Assembly (NCBI GenBank): GCA_977862235.1
Contig: OZ374565.1
Location: 1,612,001-1,676,000, forward strand
DNA length: 64,000 nt
From: Dudresnaya verticillata
Lineage: Eukaryota
Reading direction: 5' to 3'
The notes beneath the pieces were generated by a model. It saw only the letters and a list, made by a program, of their open reading frames with translations. It searched no databases and was not told the origin of the DNA. Position 1 is the stretch's first letter. Each line of letters opens with the position of its first letter. This document shows positions 23,946 through 36,247 of the stretch, one piece after another. The position numbers and the translations under genes were made by a program.

Positions 23946-25081
23946 TCGACGCCTGTAGCGTCAGTCTACGCCACAAGTTAAGTCCGAACCGCGGGTGCGC
24001 AAGTGGCTTAGCTACCTGGAAGGGTACCAGGTCGGACGGGTAGTGGGCCCAGTTGTGAGGACGGGTCAGAATGGGGGTGACCATGCCGCTCGAGAGCGGG
24101 GTAGGGGTGAGGGAGGCGTGTCGGGGGACTGCTGGGAAGGGCCGACCATGCGTTCGAATGCAGCAACTTGATGTGGGCGTGTCAGAATGCGGCCGGGCGC
24201 GGTGCGCAGGACCGCGGGGAAGGGTGAGGGAGGCGTGTCGGGGGACTGCTGGGAAGGGCTGACCATGCGCCCGAATGCAGCAGCTTGATGTGGACGTGTG
24301 AGATTGCGGCCGGGCGCGGTGCGCAGGAACGCGGGGAAGGGTGAGGGAGGCGTGTAGGGGGACTGCTGGGCGGGGCTGAGCATGCGTCAGAATGCGGCAA
24401 CGTGATGTGGACGTGTGAGATTGCGGCCCGGCGCGGCGAGCGGGGAGGGGTGACGGCGAGGTGTCGGTGAACGGCAGGGAGCGTGAGACAGAGTGCGGTC
24501 ACAGGCCGGACTGGGGCGGGGAGCGGCACTACGGGTCTGGGAGGGGGTGGGGAAGCGCGCCTCATTACGCGCAACGCAGAAGCAGAGCGCGTGCGCACGC
24601 GCCAGAATGCGGAATGTGTGTTCCAGTAGCAGCACCAGGAAGGGTGATGGTGGGAGTGGCTGTCGGACGTGAGGAGGTGGCCGAGCGCGCGTCGGAATGC
24701 CGTGGGAAGCCAAGTCCGAGCACGTCGGAATGCGGTGAGAAGCCAAGTCCGAGCGCGTCGGAATGCGGCGGGAAGTCGCCAGAATGCGGTGTGCGGTCGG
24801 GGGGCGGGGGTGCGGGCGGCGGGGCGGGCCAGAATCAATTTCTGGAGAATTTTTAATTGGAACTTTTCGGAAAATCACAACTTTCGGGAACTTTCGACCC
24901 CGGGGGGGCCCATATGCCGGAGCCCATAACTGCAAAACTATTTGCGTTTGCTCCGATCTGTTTGCACCACTATTCTCAGGGTAGCGCCCCCTTTCCAACG
25001 CGCTATCAAACTCCGGGATTCAAGGACCCTCAAAAAATTCTGTTCTGTTTTGGAAATTCTGTAGCCGGCGAAATTAGTGTT
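23946..25081 (-). repeat. Right long TIR (~1135 bp) with internal tandem expansions
   Basis: Inverted copy of the left TIR. A 117-bp unit occurs three times (starts ~24105, 24222, 24339) versus once on the left, and a ~33-bp unit three times versus twice. Confidence 0.9.
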
Positions 25082-25800
25082 ACGTCCAGAGCTGACGAGA
25101 GATCCTCGCAGTCCTTGGAGGTGTTGGGCGAAGAACCGTTTCCGGGAACGAGGAGGTAATCGTCTATCCATTGGAGGACGCGGCAATACAATGCAGAGCG
25201 CATATACGGAGTCAGCGGACTTAGGAGATGGCAAAACAAGTAGGGTGACCTCGTCCAACCGAAAGGCAATGCAATGCAGCGGTAGAAACAGCCGTCGTAG
25301 TGAAACAAGAACCAATCCCATATGCGTGAGTGGAGTCGGAAATGTCGATATCCACTCTTCCAGTCGAACGACAGCATATGGTCCCCTTGAACAATGCAGG
25401 AAGCAAAGGAGCTGAGCGATTCCATCATAACCGACTTCTTGTCCAAATGCGATGACTGGCGTTGTAGGTTGATAATGAATCGATCTTTGCCGGAACTCCA
25501 TTCCACAAATGCGAAGGACACGTAACAGCCTTTCTGCACCTTCTAATTCGCGTACGCTTCGGACACGCGTTCGTATCTACCAACTTTGCATCCTTCCTCC
25601 AGATCCGACTTGGCAAAACGCATATCCACCTTTGAATGTGGTACCGCAGGCAAGATAGCACCAGCCGTGAAGGATCGCTGGGGAGGATCCCAAATACCAA
25701 ATGTTAACATCCGAATCACGAAATAGGATGCCCAAATCCCGGCCTACTCGTTGGACTGGCGTTGGGTGGATGAACATTGGGCCTGTAACCAGGTTTCCGG
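25082..25800 (-). pseudogene. DIRS reverse transcriptase (5' part), frameshifted
   Basis: KDRFIINL, SFDWKSGYRHF, ALPFGWTRSPYLF and WIDDYL are DIRS-type RT motifs. Confidence 0.9.
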
Positions 25801-25823
25801 GCGTGAGGGTCCTGTGGGAGCCA

Positions 25824-26700
25824 TCATTGATCGCTCGCAACCTCCTTGGGCCCGGTAGCGTTACGAGTGATGGCTTTCGCAGCTTCGTTGATGTATTTGG
25901 CAGAGAGCTCATTATAAACATCGGTGTAGAGTGCGGAAGGTACTTGAGAGTGCTTTGATTCCACCTTAGCCTCGACAAGATCAGCAAGCAGGCGTGTCTG
26001 TGCCGGACCCTTCGTGAGAATGGCGTGGAAATGCGATATGCGCATCGCGAGGATTTCCTTACTGGCACCAATTTATTATTCGAGTATGAAGAGCAAGCGA
26101 CCCTGCTCTTGCGGATCCGAACTAGACTTGAATAGTTCCAGGGCGGCAAGCGACTGTTCCAACTAAGTACCGGAGCTGTGTATATATTCGAGCTCTTTCC
26201 CATTACGGCGATCCTTTTTGACGGTGTCGCGGTACAAATTGGACTGGGGCTTGAAATAGCTTGGATGATGCGGTTGAACAAACTCGCTGCGTGGCCAAAG
26301 CTGAGCACGACCAACAAGACTGTTAGCCATGAGGTGATTGAGAACCTTGCTGTACTCCTCCGGTTCGGCATCTTTGATGTTGCTTTCTCGAAAGGCTTGG
26401 TTCTCGGTCATCGGTCTGAGACGTTCCCACTCGGAAATGAGCGTGACACCTTTACCAACTTGTTTTGTTGGAAAAGGATGAACTTGCGGAACTCTCTACG
26501 AAGCGTTTCCGGCTCCCTTAAGTACAGCCTAGATGTCCCCGAGAGTAGCGTACAAGGCATTGCGGAGTATCGCCCGGGAGTCGTATTGGGAGTCACTGTT
26601 GTTGACACCATTTTCGGCACTGTACCCAAATTAGCGTCCTGCATTTGCGAACCATCTTGAGTCGGCGTCAATCCTGGTGACAACTATTCGGTGGACCATA
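25824..26700 (-). pseudogene. DIRS ORF1 (gag-like), degenerate
   Basis: A long helical-looking frame with several stops (26163-26411 continuing into 25824-26045) lies immediately upstream of the RT. Confidence 0.55.
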
Positions 26701-26791
26701 TACAGTACCCTAGATACCCCTTCGGGACGCTCAGCGAAGTTCGCTGTTCTTGGTCAGTCTTTTCATACCTGTAAAGCGGCATCTTTGACAC

Positions 26792-26921
26792 AACATAAAA
26801 ACAGGAGGCATGGCATGAATCGACGGGGGCTTCCAGTCTGAAAAGAAATCAGGGCTTCCACCTTCCATTTTTTTTCTGACTGGAGCCCCCGTCGATTCAT
26901 ACCATGCCTCCTGTTTTTGTT
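26792..26921. repeat. Long imperfect hairpin (~50-bp arms, ~20-nt loop)
   Basis: AAAAACAGGAGGCATGGCATGAATCGACGGGG...CCAGTC pairs with GACTGG...CCCCGTCGATTCATACCATGCCTCCTGTTTTT. Confidence 0.85.
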
Positions 26922-28499
26922 ATCGAAGCGTTGGTGGCAGTCGCTGATTGCACGCAACCACATTGCTTTGAGATGCATCCTACAGTACACCAAGCATTTT
27001 GGTTGCACATTATTAGAGGCTCTCTCAGTCCCCGTGGAGAGTTCTGCAAAACTGTCCTCATGCGGACGAGACAACGCAGAGAATTGTTGCTAGCCAAGAA
27101 TTGCGTCCACCCAAAGAGCGGCTGGCACTGCGCTGTGGGTCGAACATTGCGGCATGAAAGCCTCGTTTGAAGAGGTTTGCCAAAGCACCTTTGGATTTTG
27201 GTTGTGATCTGCAAGAGCTCATAGCTGTTCACCTCCCTGGGACAGAAACTGGCCTGCTTGCGAGTGTAATGCACCCGTTTTGGAGCGATACTCGGAGAAG
27301 TTGCGTTCGCTGCAGCGTGCAGGCGGCACAGACCCGTCCTTGCACTTCGAATTCCCTTCGAACCTCATCACGTACTTGCGGAAAGCTTGCCAAACTTGTG
27401 GTTCTTTTCATATAAAGGACTGCAATCGCTTTGCGTCATAATGCGTTTGCATAATTGCTTTGAGGACTGGTGCGATGATCTTGTGCAGGCACAAATAGTC
27501 GACGCTAGTCTCGGATAGCCGGAAGCTTCAATTTCGCAGTTATACTTGAAAGCATTTGTTGCAGATTCCAACTTCATGTTGGGTGCTCTCAATGAGAACC
27601 GAGGCGCATTCCTTGGCGAACATTGAAGCGACATAGCTGCTGAACGTTTCGCAATGATGATGTGCATCGCTGTTGAGCGTTTCATAACGATAGTAGTGGG
27701 CAGAGACCGTGACTGAGCGGAGGATGCTGGCTGTAGCGATTCTCCACAGAACCAAAGGACTAAGTAGCACAAAGGCCGTTGAACATTCTTACAGGGAATT
27801 CTCTGCAAGCTTGGAGGTTCGAGATTAGGTGTGCCGGCATTTGGGCAGACACGCAGACCAGGCCCGTGTGTCGGTGCTCTTCTTATACAGATCTGGCGGG
27901 AGCTGAGAGGAGTAGGTTAAAAAGCAGGTTTGCAGAGCCTCCTACTATGGCACTTGAATATGCAACTGTTGTAGCTGCAGTCACCGACGTCCGAAGAAAC
28001 ATGGTCGACAAGTCAGTCGGGCAACAAGGAAATCAAACTTGAGATGGAAGCAGACCGGTCATGTTGTCTCCTGGTATGCCTTGACGAAAAGCACGAAGTG
28101 CTCTGCACGGTGAGGATGATGAGCCGCGGAACAGAAGAAAACATTCTGCATTCAGCACAGCGTACCAACCCACAACAGAGTCCGTGAAGGCTCAGGCTCG
28201 AGGTTTCAGTTGGGCAACATGCCACTTGGACCTCAATTGTGCAGTCGCTCGCATCGAGCCCCATGTTCAAAGGGACTCGGGTGGTAGGAGTGCCTTCGGG
28301 GAAGGGGTCGCGTGGGCGGGAGGGAGAAGCAGCATCGTTGCGATGGCGCAGCTTGATCCGAGCCCGAAGCATACCGAGAGGACCTTTAGGCACACCCAAT
28401 AAAATCACTTAAAACAGCTGAATAAGTCATTTGCTTCGTTTCAATACCCAGCAACGCCGATGCTCCTTCACTACAGATTCCGCACGTTGCAGTCCCTAT

Positions 28500-30917
28500 T
28501 AGAGCACTGTAATTTCGTGAGGGTGGAACTCACAATCTGCTGAGGCCATGGCTGGTCGTCCAAAGGTGGCCCATGGTCTTGCTTCGTCGAGCAATAAGCC
28601 AGTTTCCTCTTCGACCTCTATGTCGGTGTGCTCAACATGTACCTCTCATATTCTTGCGCGTGGTGCCGACCATAGCCGAAGCAGCAAAGGTGAACGAAAT
28701 CCCACCCACCATCCGAAAATTCGCTCATATTCACACACCCTGCCTTCAAGTTCAAGCGCATTTCCTTCAAGCAAGGATACGTATCATTGAGAAGGCATCT
28801 CCAAGACAGGAATCCAGAAGTTTCAAATGCACACAAGCGCATGGTTTGAGATGCGTTCCCCGAGTTGCACCGTGAGTACCATTCCCTGCGCAGCTTGCTC
28901 ATAGCTCAATACATCAGGCCACCAGGCCGTTCGAAGAGAGTGGATGATTCCTGGGTACTGCGTACAGTCTATCTTTTTGCTTCTGGCGACAGGTTCTTCT
29001 TGCAGTGCATCGGATGTAGGTGTGACCCAAACCCACTCTGAGTAATGACTTCTTCGACACCCATAGATGCTTTGGGTGTGTGAAGGATTCAGCGCTTTCG
29101 CCAGGTTTGTTGATGACGCTGCAGTGCAGCAGCACCTTACAAGGACTTTTCCGCGACAAAGGATCATTGCGTGAAATGATATGGCTCGCTACAATCCCAT
29201 GACGGACTCCAGCCGTCTTCTGAGTTCTCCTTGAGATAATGATGGGGTGGGGTTTGTCGCTCAGTACTGATGCGGCCTTTTTTCTGCACTCCTGCCAACA
29301 AGAAAACGCTTATTTGTACATCTTCTTGGTCTTATCATGCTTGATTCTCGTACCCCAATTGCTTTGAGTAGCCTGGAATGTTACAGGGAACTGCTGATGC
29401 CAATTCAAGAGACTGGACACTCTCAGAATCCTCAGGACAATGCCCAGACAGGTACCTTATCGTCTCTGCAGCTCCATTTCGAGAAGAGCTATAGAAAATT
29501 GATTTCCTTACAAGGTGCTGCCCGCCCGTACAGTGGATATACAGCTTGGAAGGCAATCGCTGATCGGTGCCGCCGGATGCATTATTCTGCACGTAGCGGT
29601 TCTCTTTCGCTGCAAATGTCAATTTTGGAACATTTGGAGGGCTCCAATATGTAGGATGAACCAGCTCATAAGCGGGAACCCCCCCCCCCGGAGCTGGGTT
29701 AATATCCACAGCCGTTCTTGATATAAGAAGTTACTTCAATCAAGCTACTGCATCTTGCGGTTAAGGCCTGCATCGCATGCAGGGATGCCGAATGAGTTTT
29801 CCAGAGGCTGGACATTGTGCATCAAAACGGAATGAATTGGGGATCAGTTAAGGGGGACAGGGGACATAATGGAAGTCAGATACAGGCAAAATGCCCATGC
29901 CACCATAGAAGAAACCAGTATATCTCAGCTAGCGCCTTATTGCTGAAGCAAAGCCGTCCGTGAATCCAGCAAGCAAATTCTTCTTGCATCTTGCTGATAA
30001 GAAAGGTACCTCCCCAACGCCAAAGAACCTCTCTTATGACAACAATCGCTCCCTTTGCCATTTGGGATGTAGCCGTGACAGACAATCGTCGCGACATGTT
30101 TGATTTCTGCTTTCTTCTTGGTCTTGGCTGGGCCCCCGCAACAGGCCTTCCATATAGTCCGTGTGAGGAGAGCCCCCCTCCTATCTTTCCAGGAACGTTG
30201 CGTCAGGGAATTTCTTGCAATAGTACAGGGCGCCTATGTTGCGAATGATCATCTCAGTGACGGTACAATTCCTGTGTGGATGATATTCGAAAGCCTGAAC
30301 TGAGCACAGGCTTTGGATTTCTCTTCGAGTTTCTGATCGGGCTTGAAGGTTGCATTGTTTTCCGTGTTGCGTCTCTCGACAGTTACAGAAAGAGCGGATT
30401 GGCAGCGTAGGCTAGATTAATGTGGCTTTTCGGAAACAAGAAAGGACTTGCAATGCTTTGAGTCGTCATGGTGGAGATACAAGCATCGTCCGACAGAGTA
30501 TTCTCCAGATGGAACCACAGGGCTGCAGGGAGACAACGAAAGTGGCTGAACAAGATCAAGTTCAGGTGTGCGCTGGAATCTCTGGCGGGTTGAGAAGCTT
30601 TGAAAAAAAGAAGAATGGTGCTACATACGTGCTCACACTGGATTCGGGTCACAGGATGGTGTAAAACAATGGTCTTCGATCTTCGCTACGTCGCCCTTGT
30701 GTCTCGATGCATGGGGTACAGATCGACCGGGGCTGCAGAATTCAGGAAGGCCTTCGAGGGGATCATAGTGACCGAAGTTTCTTTCTGCTCTAATGTTTAC
30801 CAGGCCCAACCGCCACGCCCAAGAAGATCTCTCCAAGCTGGTTTTCAGCAGTAGCCTGTCGTGCCATGGGCTCCTTGCGGCATCTGATGACCACGAAGCC
30901 ACCTTAATGGCTATCAT
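28500..30917 (-). pseudogene. Highly decayed coding remnant, possibly of the HET-like family
   Basis: Scattered fragments in shifting frames (IVCHGY, FACWIHGRLCF, YGGMGILPV, YQERLWIL) fall in roughly HET-motif order, with many stops. Confidence 0.25.
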
Positions 30918-31075
30918 ATTTCAGCCAGTCCCGACCTCATGGCATGCGCTAACTTGGTCTTGATGGGATGGAGGGCTCTTAAGAGTGCTTCACCGGTGTT
31001 CAAGAAGGAAGGGGATCGCGGAAAGAGAAGAGAAGCTCTTGTCAATGCGGTTACCGCATCGCTGTGTTAAGTATA

Positions 31076-31078
<3 letters not shown>

Positions 31079-31112
<34 letters not shown>
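31079..31112 (+). repeat. (GT)n microsatellite
   Basis: About 17 GT units. Confidence 0.95.
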
Positions 31113-31114
<2 letters not shown>

Positions 31115-31470
31115 TGGAAGAAAAGGGCGGGCGTGCCGTAATCTTTTACTTTCATGGCTTGCAGTATAGAAGATAATGCGAAAAAGGGACTTGTAGGAAG
31201 CGATGTTAAGTTTTATTGCATGCTTGAGGTGAGCTCTCGCGGGCAGCATAGGCCCATACATGCACGCCAGAGATGGAAGCGAATAGCTGATTTGAGAGTA
31301 TAGAGTTTGCTTGTCAAGAAGATTCCCAAAGAAAAGCACACTGCGCGATGGCTTTGGGTTTTGTCCGTGGGGACGCGCTCTGGCTCGGAAATGTTGGAAA
31401 AGAATTTGCGATGTTGCAGTACAGGATCCGCAGCGTGGACCGCGAGCTACCCGCAGCGTGCGCGCGGCCC

Positions 31471-33591
31471 CTAGTTCCAACTGAGCTGGCTGTACCTTAC
31501 CTCGTCTGTCCTCAGATTTCGATACTGCTTCTTCACCCCACTCCCAAACAACCCGTGCAGCAACAGGTTGTGGAAAAGTGCCTCTCCCACATCGCACACA
31601 TCAACCCACGGCCACGGTTTCCAGAAAGCCCACAGCTGCACCGCACCCACGAACAGCCATGCCCCAAGCGTAAACTTGATCAAAATGATGTTAATTGTCA
31701 GGAAAAACATTATCCGGAGCGGCCTATACCACACGTACTCCAACCTCATAGGCTTACACGTGATCAAAATCCCATCATCAGTAACCTCCGCCTGTTGGTC
31801 TTCGTCCGGGTCCACCCGATGTACCAGGTGGGGAGGCAGCAGTGTTTTATCCCACAGCCCCGTCGCCTCTGCCACCGCTGTCACGTGTCCCTCGCGCATA
31901 GTCGAGAAACGCGCCAGATCCACTACCAGCGTGCGCTTGTGCATCCGGTCATCGCTCAACAGTGTCATGATCCCAGCAACGTGCCCGGTCGTCGATGCGT
32001 ACAGGCTCATCGACACCCTATGGTCCAGAAAGTCCATGATTGCCTTGCGATCCACCACATTGCAGCTGCCGGGCAATATCCCCACCCATTCCAGCACCCC
32101 GTCCCACCCTGGTGCTTTGCGGTAATCCATCGACCGCTGCATGCTCATGTCCAAGTAGTTTTCCCCCACCAGGGCATCTGATCGGCACGTGATCGACTCC
32201 CAGAACACGATGGTGTAAAACTCCCGAAAACGAATCCGAAACTGCTCCCCCTTCATCATCATGCTACTGTGCCGCTTGCTGTACGCGCCCTCAGCAATCG
32301 TCCGTAGCGCCCATGCCTTCCACGCAGAAGCTGCCCGCTGTGTGCGCATATCCTCATTTGCCTCACGGACGCTCACACTGTCAGTCAATAGTGCCGTCGC
32401 AAGTGCAAGCGTCGTAGCCCGCAGATATATCCCATCGCCACCGATACGGGCCAGCCCGTTGCCCAACCTATTGTAAATGGAGGATCCATAGTAGATCGTG
32501 CTGTCGAACTTCCGCAACATGTAGTCGTCAACCAACAATCCACGACCAGCAACCCCGAGAACCGTCTCTAGCTTGCGCCAAAAGTCGGTTCCAAAGTACT
32601 TCTCATTGAGGTCGTATACTCTCACCACGGGGCACACCGCATAGGCAAACAGACCAAAATCCTCCCAGTCGACCATGCTGTAGAATTCGCTCACTTTTTT
32701 GAAATCCTTGCCCATGTTCACGAGACGATCAATCCAGATACGTACGTGGTGGGTCCCTGCAGTATTTGCGAGGGCGCGGCACGAGCCCACCATCTGGCTC
32801 CACCGAAAATCGTCCAGAAAGTCAGAGGTCATGCTGACCTCGAACTGCTGCAGCACTGACTCCTCCTCCGGGCTACCATCCTGCGTGAGTACTTTCATGC
32901 GTCGGGTCAGCTTGATCGACTGGCCTTTGTACGAAAGCGCAACTAGAGTGACGTTTTTGTCCACTGTATCGGGCTGGGTGTCGTACGGCCGGCCGGCTCG
33001 CAGCTCGTTGCGGAAGGCCTCCCAGTCAGCAGTGCTGCGCACGTCGATGGCGCGGCTATAGCCCCTTGCGTATGCATCGCGGGCCTTCTGGGCGGCGACT
33101 GGCCCCTTGCGTTCGAAGACGTCTTTGAAGACATAGTCTGCCGAGTTTTTGATAGTAGAGAGCTGGTCTATGAGGGTGAGATCGCACTCGTTGTTCACAA
33201 TGCCCGAAAAGTTGGTATGACCGCAGACGCGGGCGTAGAAGGCATTGGTACCGGAGGCACTGAGGTCGGCGGCCAGAGCTGGGCTGGCGTTGAACTTGCG
33301 GATTGCATTCTCGAAACGCTGTTGTGGGTGATACTTGTACTTCGGGCTGATTCGGCCGTAGATCTTGGTGTATTGATTCTCGGCAAACTGCCCCACGAAG
33401 GAGACGGAATCGCGCATGGAGTTGGACCAGCGGAAGTTGGAACCCTTCCGGGTTTCGACGAGCAACATGTAGAGGTTCATGAGCTTGATGTATACATCTG
33501 ATATTGTGAAGTGCGACTCCGCTTGGCTTGCTTGCTTCGAACTAGCCTGCGGCGGCGTGGTGGCCTGCGGCGGAGGACTTGGCTGCTGCAT
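31471..33591 (-). CDS. 706-aa single-exon protein with HET-like domain and C-terminal hydrophobic segments
   Basis: Long intact ORF. Motifs LVALSYK, VRIWIDRL and DFWRKLE parallel the HET-domain ALSY.W / WID..CI / R.W..QE motifs. The C-terminal IMFFLTINIILIKFTLGAWLFVGAVQLW is hydrophobic. The gene call is firm; the domain call is tentative. Confidence 0.8.
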   Translation of the reverse strand: MQQPSPPPQATTPPQASSKQASQAESHFTISDVYIKLMNLYMLLVETRKGSNFRWSNSMRDSVSFVGQFAENQYTKIYGRISPKYKYHPQQRFENAIRKFNASPALAADLSASGTNAFYARVCGHTNFSGIVNNECDLTLIDQLSTIKNSADYVFKDVFERKGPVAAQKARDAYARGYSRAIDVRSTADWEAFRNELRAGRPYDTQPDTVDKNVTLVALSYKGQSIKLTRRMKVLTQDGSPEEESVLQQFEVSMTSDFLDDFRWSQMVGSCRALANTAGTHHVRIWIDRLVNMGKDFKKVSEFYSMVDWEDFGLFAYAVCPVVRVYDLNEKYFGTDFWRKLETVLGVAGRGLLVDDYMLRKFDSTIYYGSSIYNRLGNGLARIGGDGIYLRATTLALATALLTDSVSVREANEDMRTQRAASAWKAWALRTIAEGAYSKRHSSMMMKGEQFRIRFREFYTIVFWESITCRSDALVGENYLDMSMQRSMDYRKAPGWDGVLEWVGILPGSCNVVDRKAIMDFLDHRVSMSLYASTTGHVAGIMTLLSDDRMHKRTLVVDLARFSTMREGHVTAVAEATGLWDKTLLPPHLVHRVDPDEDQQAEVTDDGILITCKPMRLEYVWYRPLRIMFFLTINIILIKFTLGAWLFVGAVQLWAFWKPWPWVDVCDVGEALFHNLLLHGLFGSGVKKQYRNLRTDEVRYSQLSWN

Positions 33592-36247
33592 GCTTGGGGT
33601 AGAAGTTTTGAATCTTTCGTTGGTTTCGTGACCTGGTAGTGGGGGTGGCTGGGCGGTGGTGAGACGGCAAGAAGAGAAGGACTGTGAAGTCGGGTGGTGC
33701 AGCTAAAGAAATTGTGGGCGAAGTGTTGCGTTGCAGGTTGCACAGTGGTGGAGCAGCGCCTAGCGCTGGTGTCTATATGTATATACTCAGCTGTTCGCGA
33801 TCGATGCAGATGCGCAAGCGGCGAAGTATGGTGAGCCCTTGTCGGAAGGGCAACAGCACGGACATTGGAGAGGTTCAGACATTCAAAGAAAATGGGTGCC
33901 AAGCGGTTGATGATGTAACAGATGAGATTGCTACTACTGTAGACGGGGCTCCGCGGATGTTGAGCGTGAGTGGAAGAAGATGCCCTTGTACCGGCAGCTC
34001 AAGGGCGGGTTTTTGAGTTTGGTTAGTCATAAATAAGCGAATGCGGAAGGGATCGTCAGAGGGGGAGAAGCCCTGGGTATGGATCAAAGCGTCGACTCAA
34101 GCGCAGTAGATATACACCGGGACAGCACACAACAATGCAGTCGGCGTGCCGCGCGGTGTGGGTGGCAGTTTGGGCCGCAGGCTGTGCATCTCCGACATGC
34201 GGGCAACTGTGCGCGCGACAGGGGAGGCTGGACAAGTTGGCTTAGTGCCTCGGCGGGCCAAGCGAGGGCTCTTGACGACGCTTGTCGAAGAAGACGGCGG
34301 CGCGGCCCCTTCTTGACAACAAGCTGTCAGCGCGGCGGAGCACGTTCTGCGCAACGCGGCGAGTGCCAACTCGGTGGTGTGTGAACAAGTCGCACCCGTC
34401 GCGACCGGCATCGCGATTCATACGACGCCTGAATTTGGCGGCCCGGGGCCGCGGTCAGGGTTAGTGTTGTACCCAAGCATGCTCATGTTGTGAGTGTAGG
34501 GCAGCATACGGATGCAGCTATATGCATACGTGAGTGGTGGAATGCTGCGCTGGAAATGCCGATCACGAATAAGGCAATCTGAGGCATTGACCGTGTGGTC
34601 AGCTGCAGCTGTAGATCTCGGCGGAGAGCTAGGGGTAGTTGGGTCCTGTCTTGCCGGTGAAGGGTGTCACAATGGTATCGTATGGTATGAGGTACAGTCA
34701 CAACAGTACAGTGTAGAACGTTTCAGGTGGCAGGCCAATAGGGCTTGTACACTTGTCGCAACCCGGCTGGGCCACCAAGTCGGTGCCTTTGCACCTCGGG
34801 TGACCTCGCGAGGTACCCGGGGTTATCGGCGTGCGCCGCAAGTCTAGACTGTCATTTTGTATAAGTCCCCCGACTACCAGGCTAGGGATAGGGCACGATC
34901 GTGACGATTCCTTTTCTCCAGTTTCTCTACCAAAACGCAGCAAACAAAGGTGTATCATAATGCGTGACATGCGTTTTCCAGCTCTGCGTCGGGCCAACCT
35001 TTTGTCCATGGACAAAAACCTTTTGTCCAATTTTACTTGTCGCTCTGGTATTCGCCGCCGCGCTGCAAGCCCGCTCCTGGGATTGGCCACCGAGTGCCAA
35101 GATGGTGCTCCTGATTGGACGCCCTGGGTGGCACGCTTCCTTGCAGCGGCCTATGCAGCGGGAATCGCCGCAGCGCTGGGGGCGCCCCTGCCCTCCGGGG
35201 ACCGGTCCGCCCCATCGAGACCCGGGGGCCAGGAACCGGACCGTGGCCCTCGGTCCGGGCCGGTGTTGACGCGGGGTGCCACGCGCCACCGCCGGGCTCT
35301 TACCACCAGGCGCACAGCATGTACACGTCGCCACGCCACGCTCTCCAGCAATGCATTGGTGCGCGCTACTGGGGATACCCACGGACAACAGGGGGACATC
35401 CTCATCTGCATTCCTATTCGCTTATCCGGGACATACACTCCCCTTCCCTCCCGCGGGCCACCCAGCCATGCATGTTCCCGCCAGCCGGTCGTGCCTTCTC
35501 CCTCCCTCCCCCTCCCCCCCGCCATGCCTCGCTCCCGCTCCAGCCAGCTCATCCCTCCCTGGGCTCTCCACCCCAGCTATACCCACTACCACCGCCATCT
35601 AGCGCTCTCACCAACCATGCCCGCTACCACTGTAACGACAAACACCGCCATCTAGCGCTCCCACCAGCCATGCCTGCTACCATCGCCCTCTAGCGCTCTC
35701 GCCCCGTCACCCTGCTCAGTGCACACCTCGCCCTAACTATTGTGGCTTCTTCCACACACTGTCACCGCTATGCTACTCCTCTCCTTCGCAGTAAGAACAC
35801 CCGCTATGCCCCACCACCAACTGCCGACTTCACCATGATGCTGAAAATACTAAGTCTTTTCACTTACAATGAGGTGTGCTGCCAGCCTTCATCGATGGAG
35901 ACGAAACATCGCGCATACCCTACACGTTCACTAACTTACAAGCTACGACATTCGCAAACCCCGATGAACTTCAAGACACACACGAATAGCATTTAACAAC
36001 ATGGCAGTAATGCCAAAGATTCTCATACTAGCAACCTTTTCCTAACAATCGCCTACACTTCACTTCATGAATAGTACATATTGTATTGAGCGGTAGCGGA
36101 GATAATGACTTATCTTGCGAAACAATGCTGAGTCCAAAACTGTTCACAGGTCGAAATTGACCTTCTTGTTCTCAATTTCCAAGCGCAAACGACCGCGGCG
36201 GAAAAAGTCAATCTCTCCTTCTCTCGGTTCCCAGATTTCAACGGCGG

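Larger units (their letters stand above)
1308..25081. mobile_element. Large TIR DNA transposon with Sola-like/DUF7869-type DDD transposase and ParB-methyltransferase cargo (23.8 kb; ~13.8 kb without nested LTR insertions)
   Basis: Termini AACACTAATTTCGCCGGCTACAGAATTTCC / GGAAATTCTGTAGCCGGCGAAATTAGTGTT, with ACGT on both sides (1304-1307, 25082-25085). Removal restores CTG GAC GTC CTG (ALDVLFNRLG) of the DIRS RT. Confidence 0.92.

Noticed and set aside
24100..24450. Regular repeats resembling a CRISPR array
   Set aside because: They are whole-unit 117-bp tandem copies without unique spacers, with no cas genes and a eukaryotic context.
31348..32181. 277-aa plus-strand ORF and antisense ORFs over the Cys-rich genes
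   Set aside because: These are shadow frames of real opposite-strand genes.
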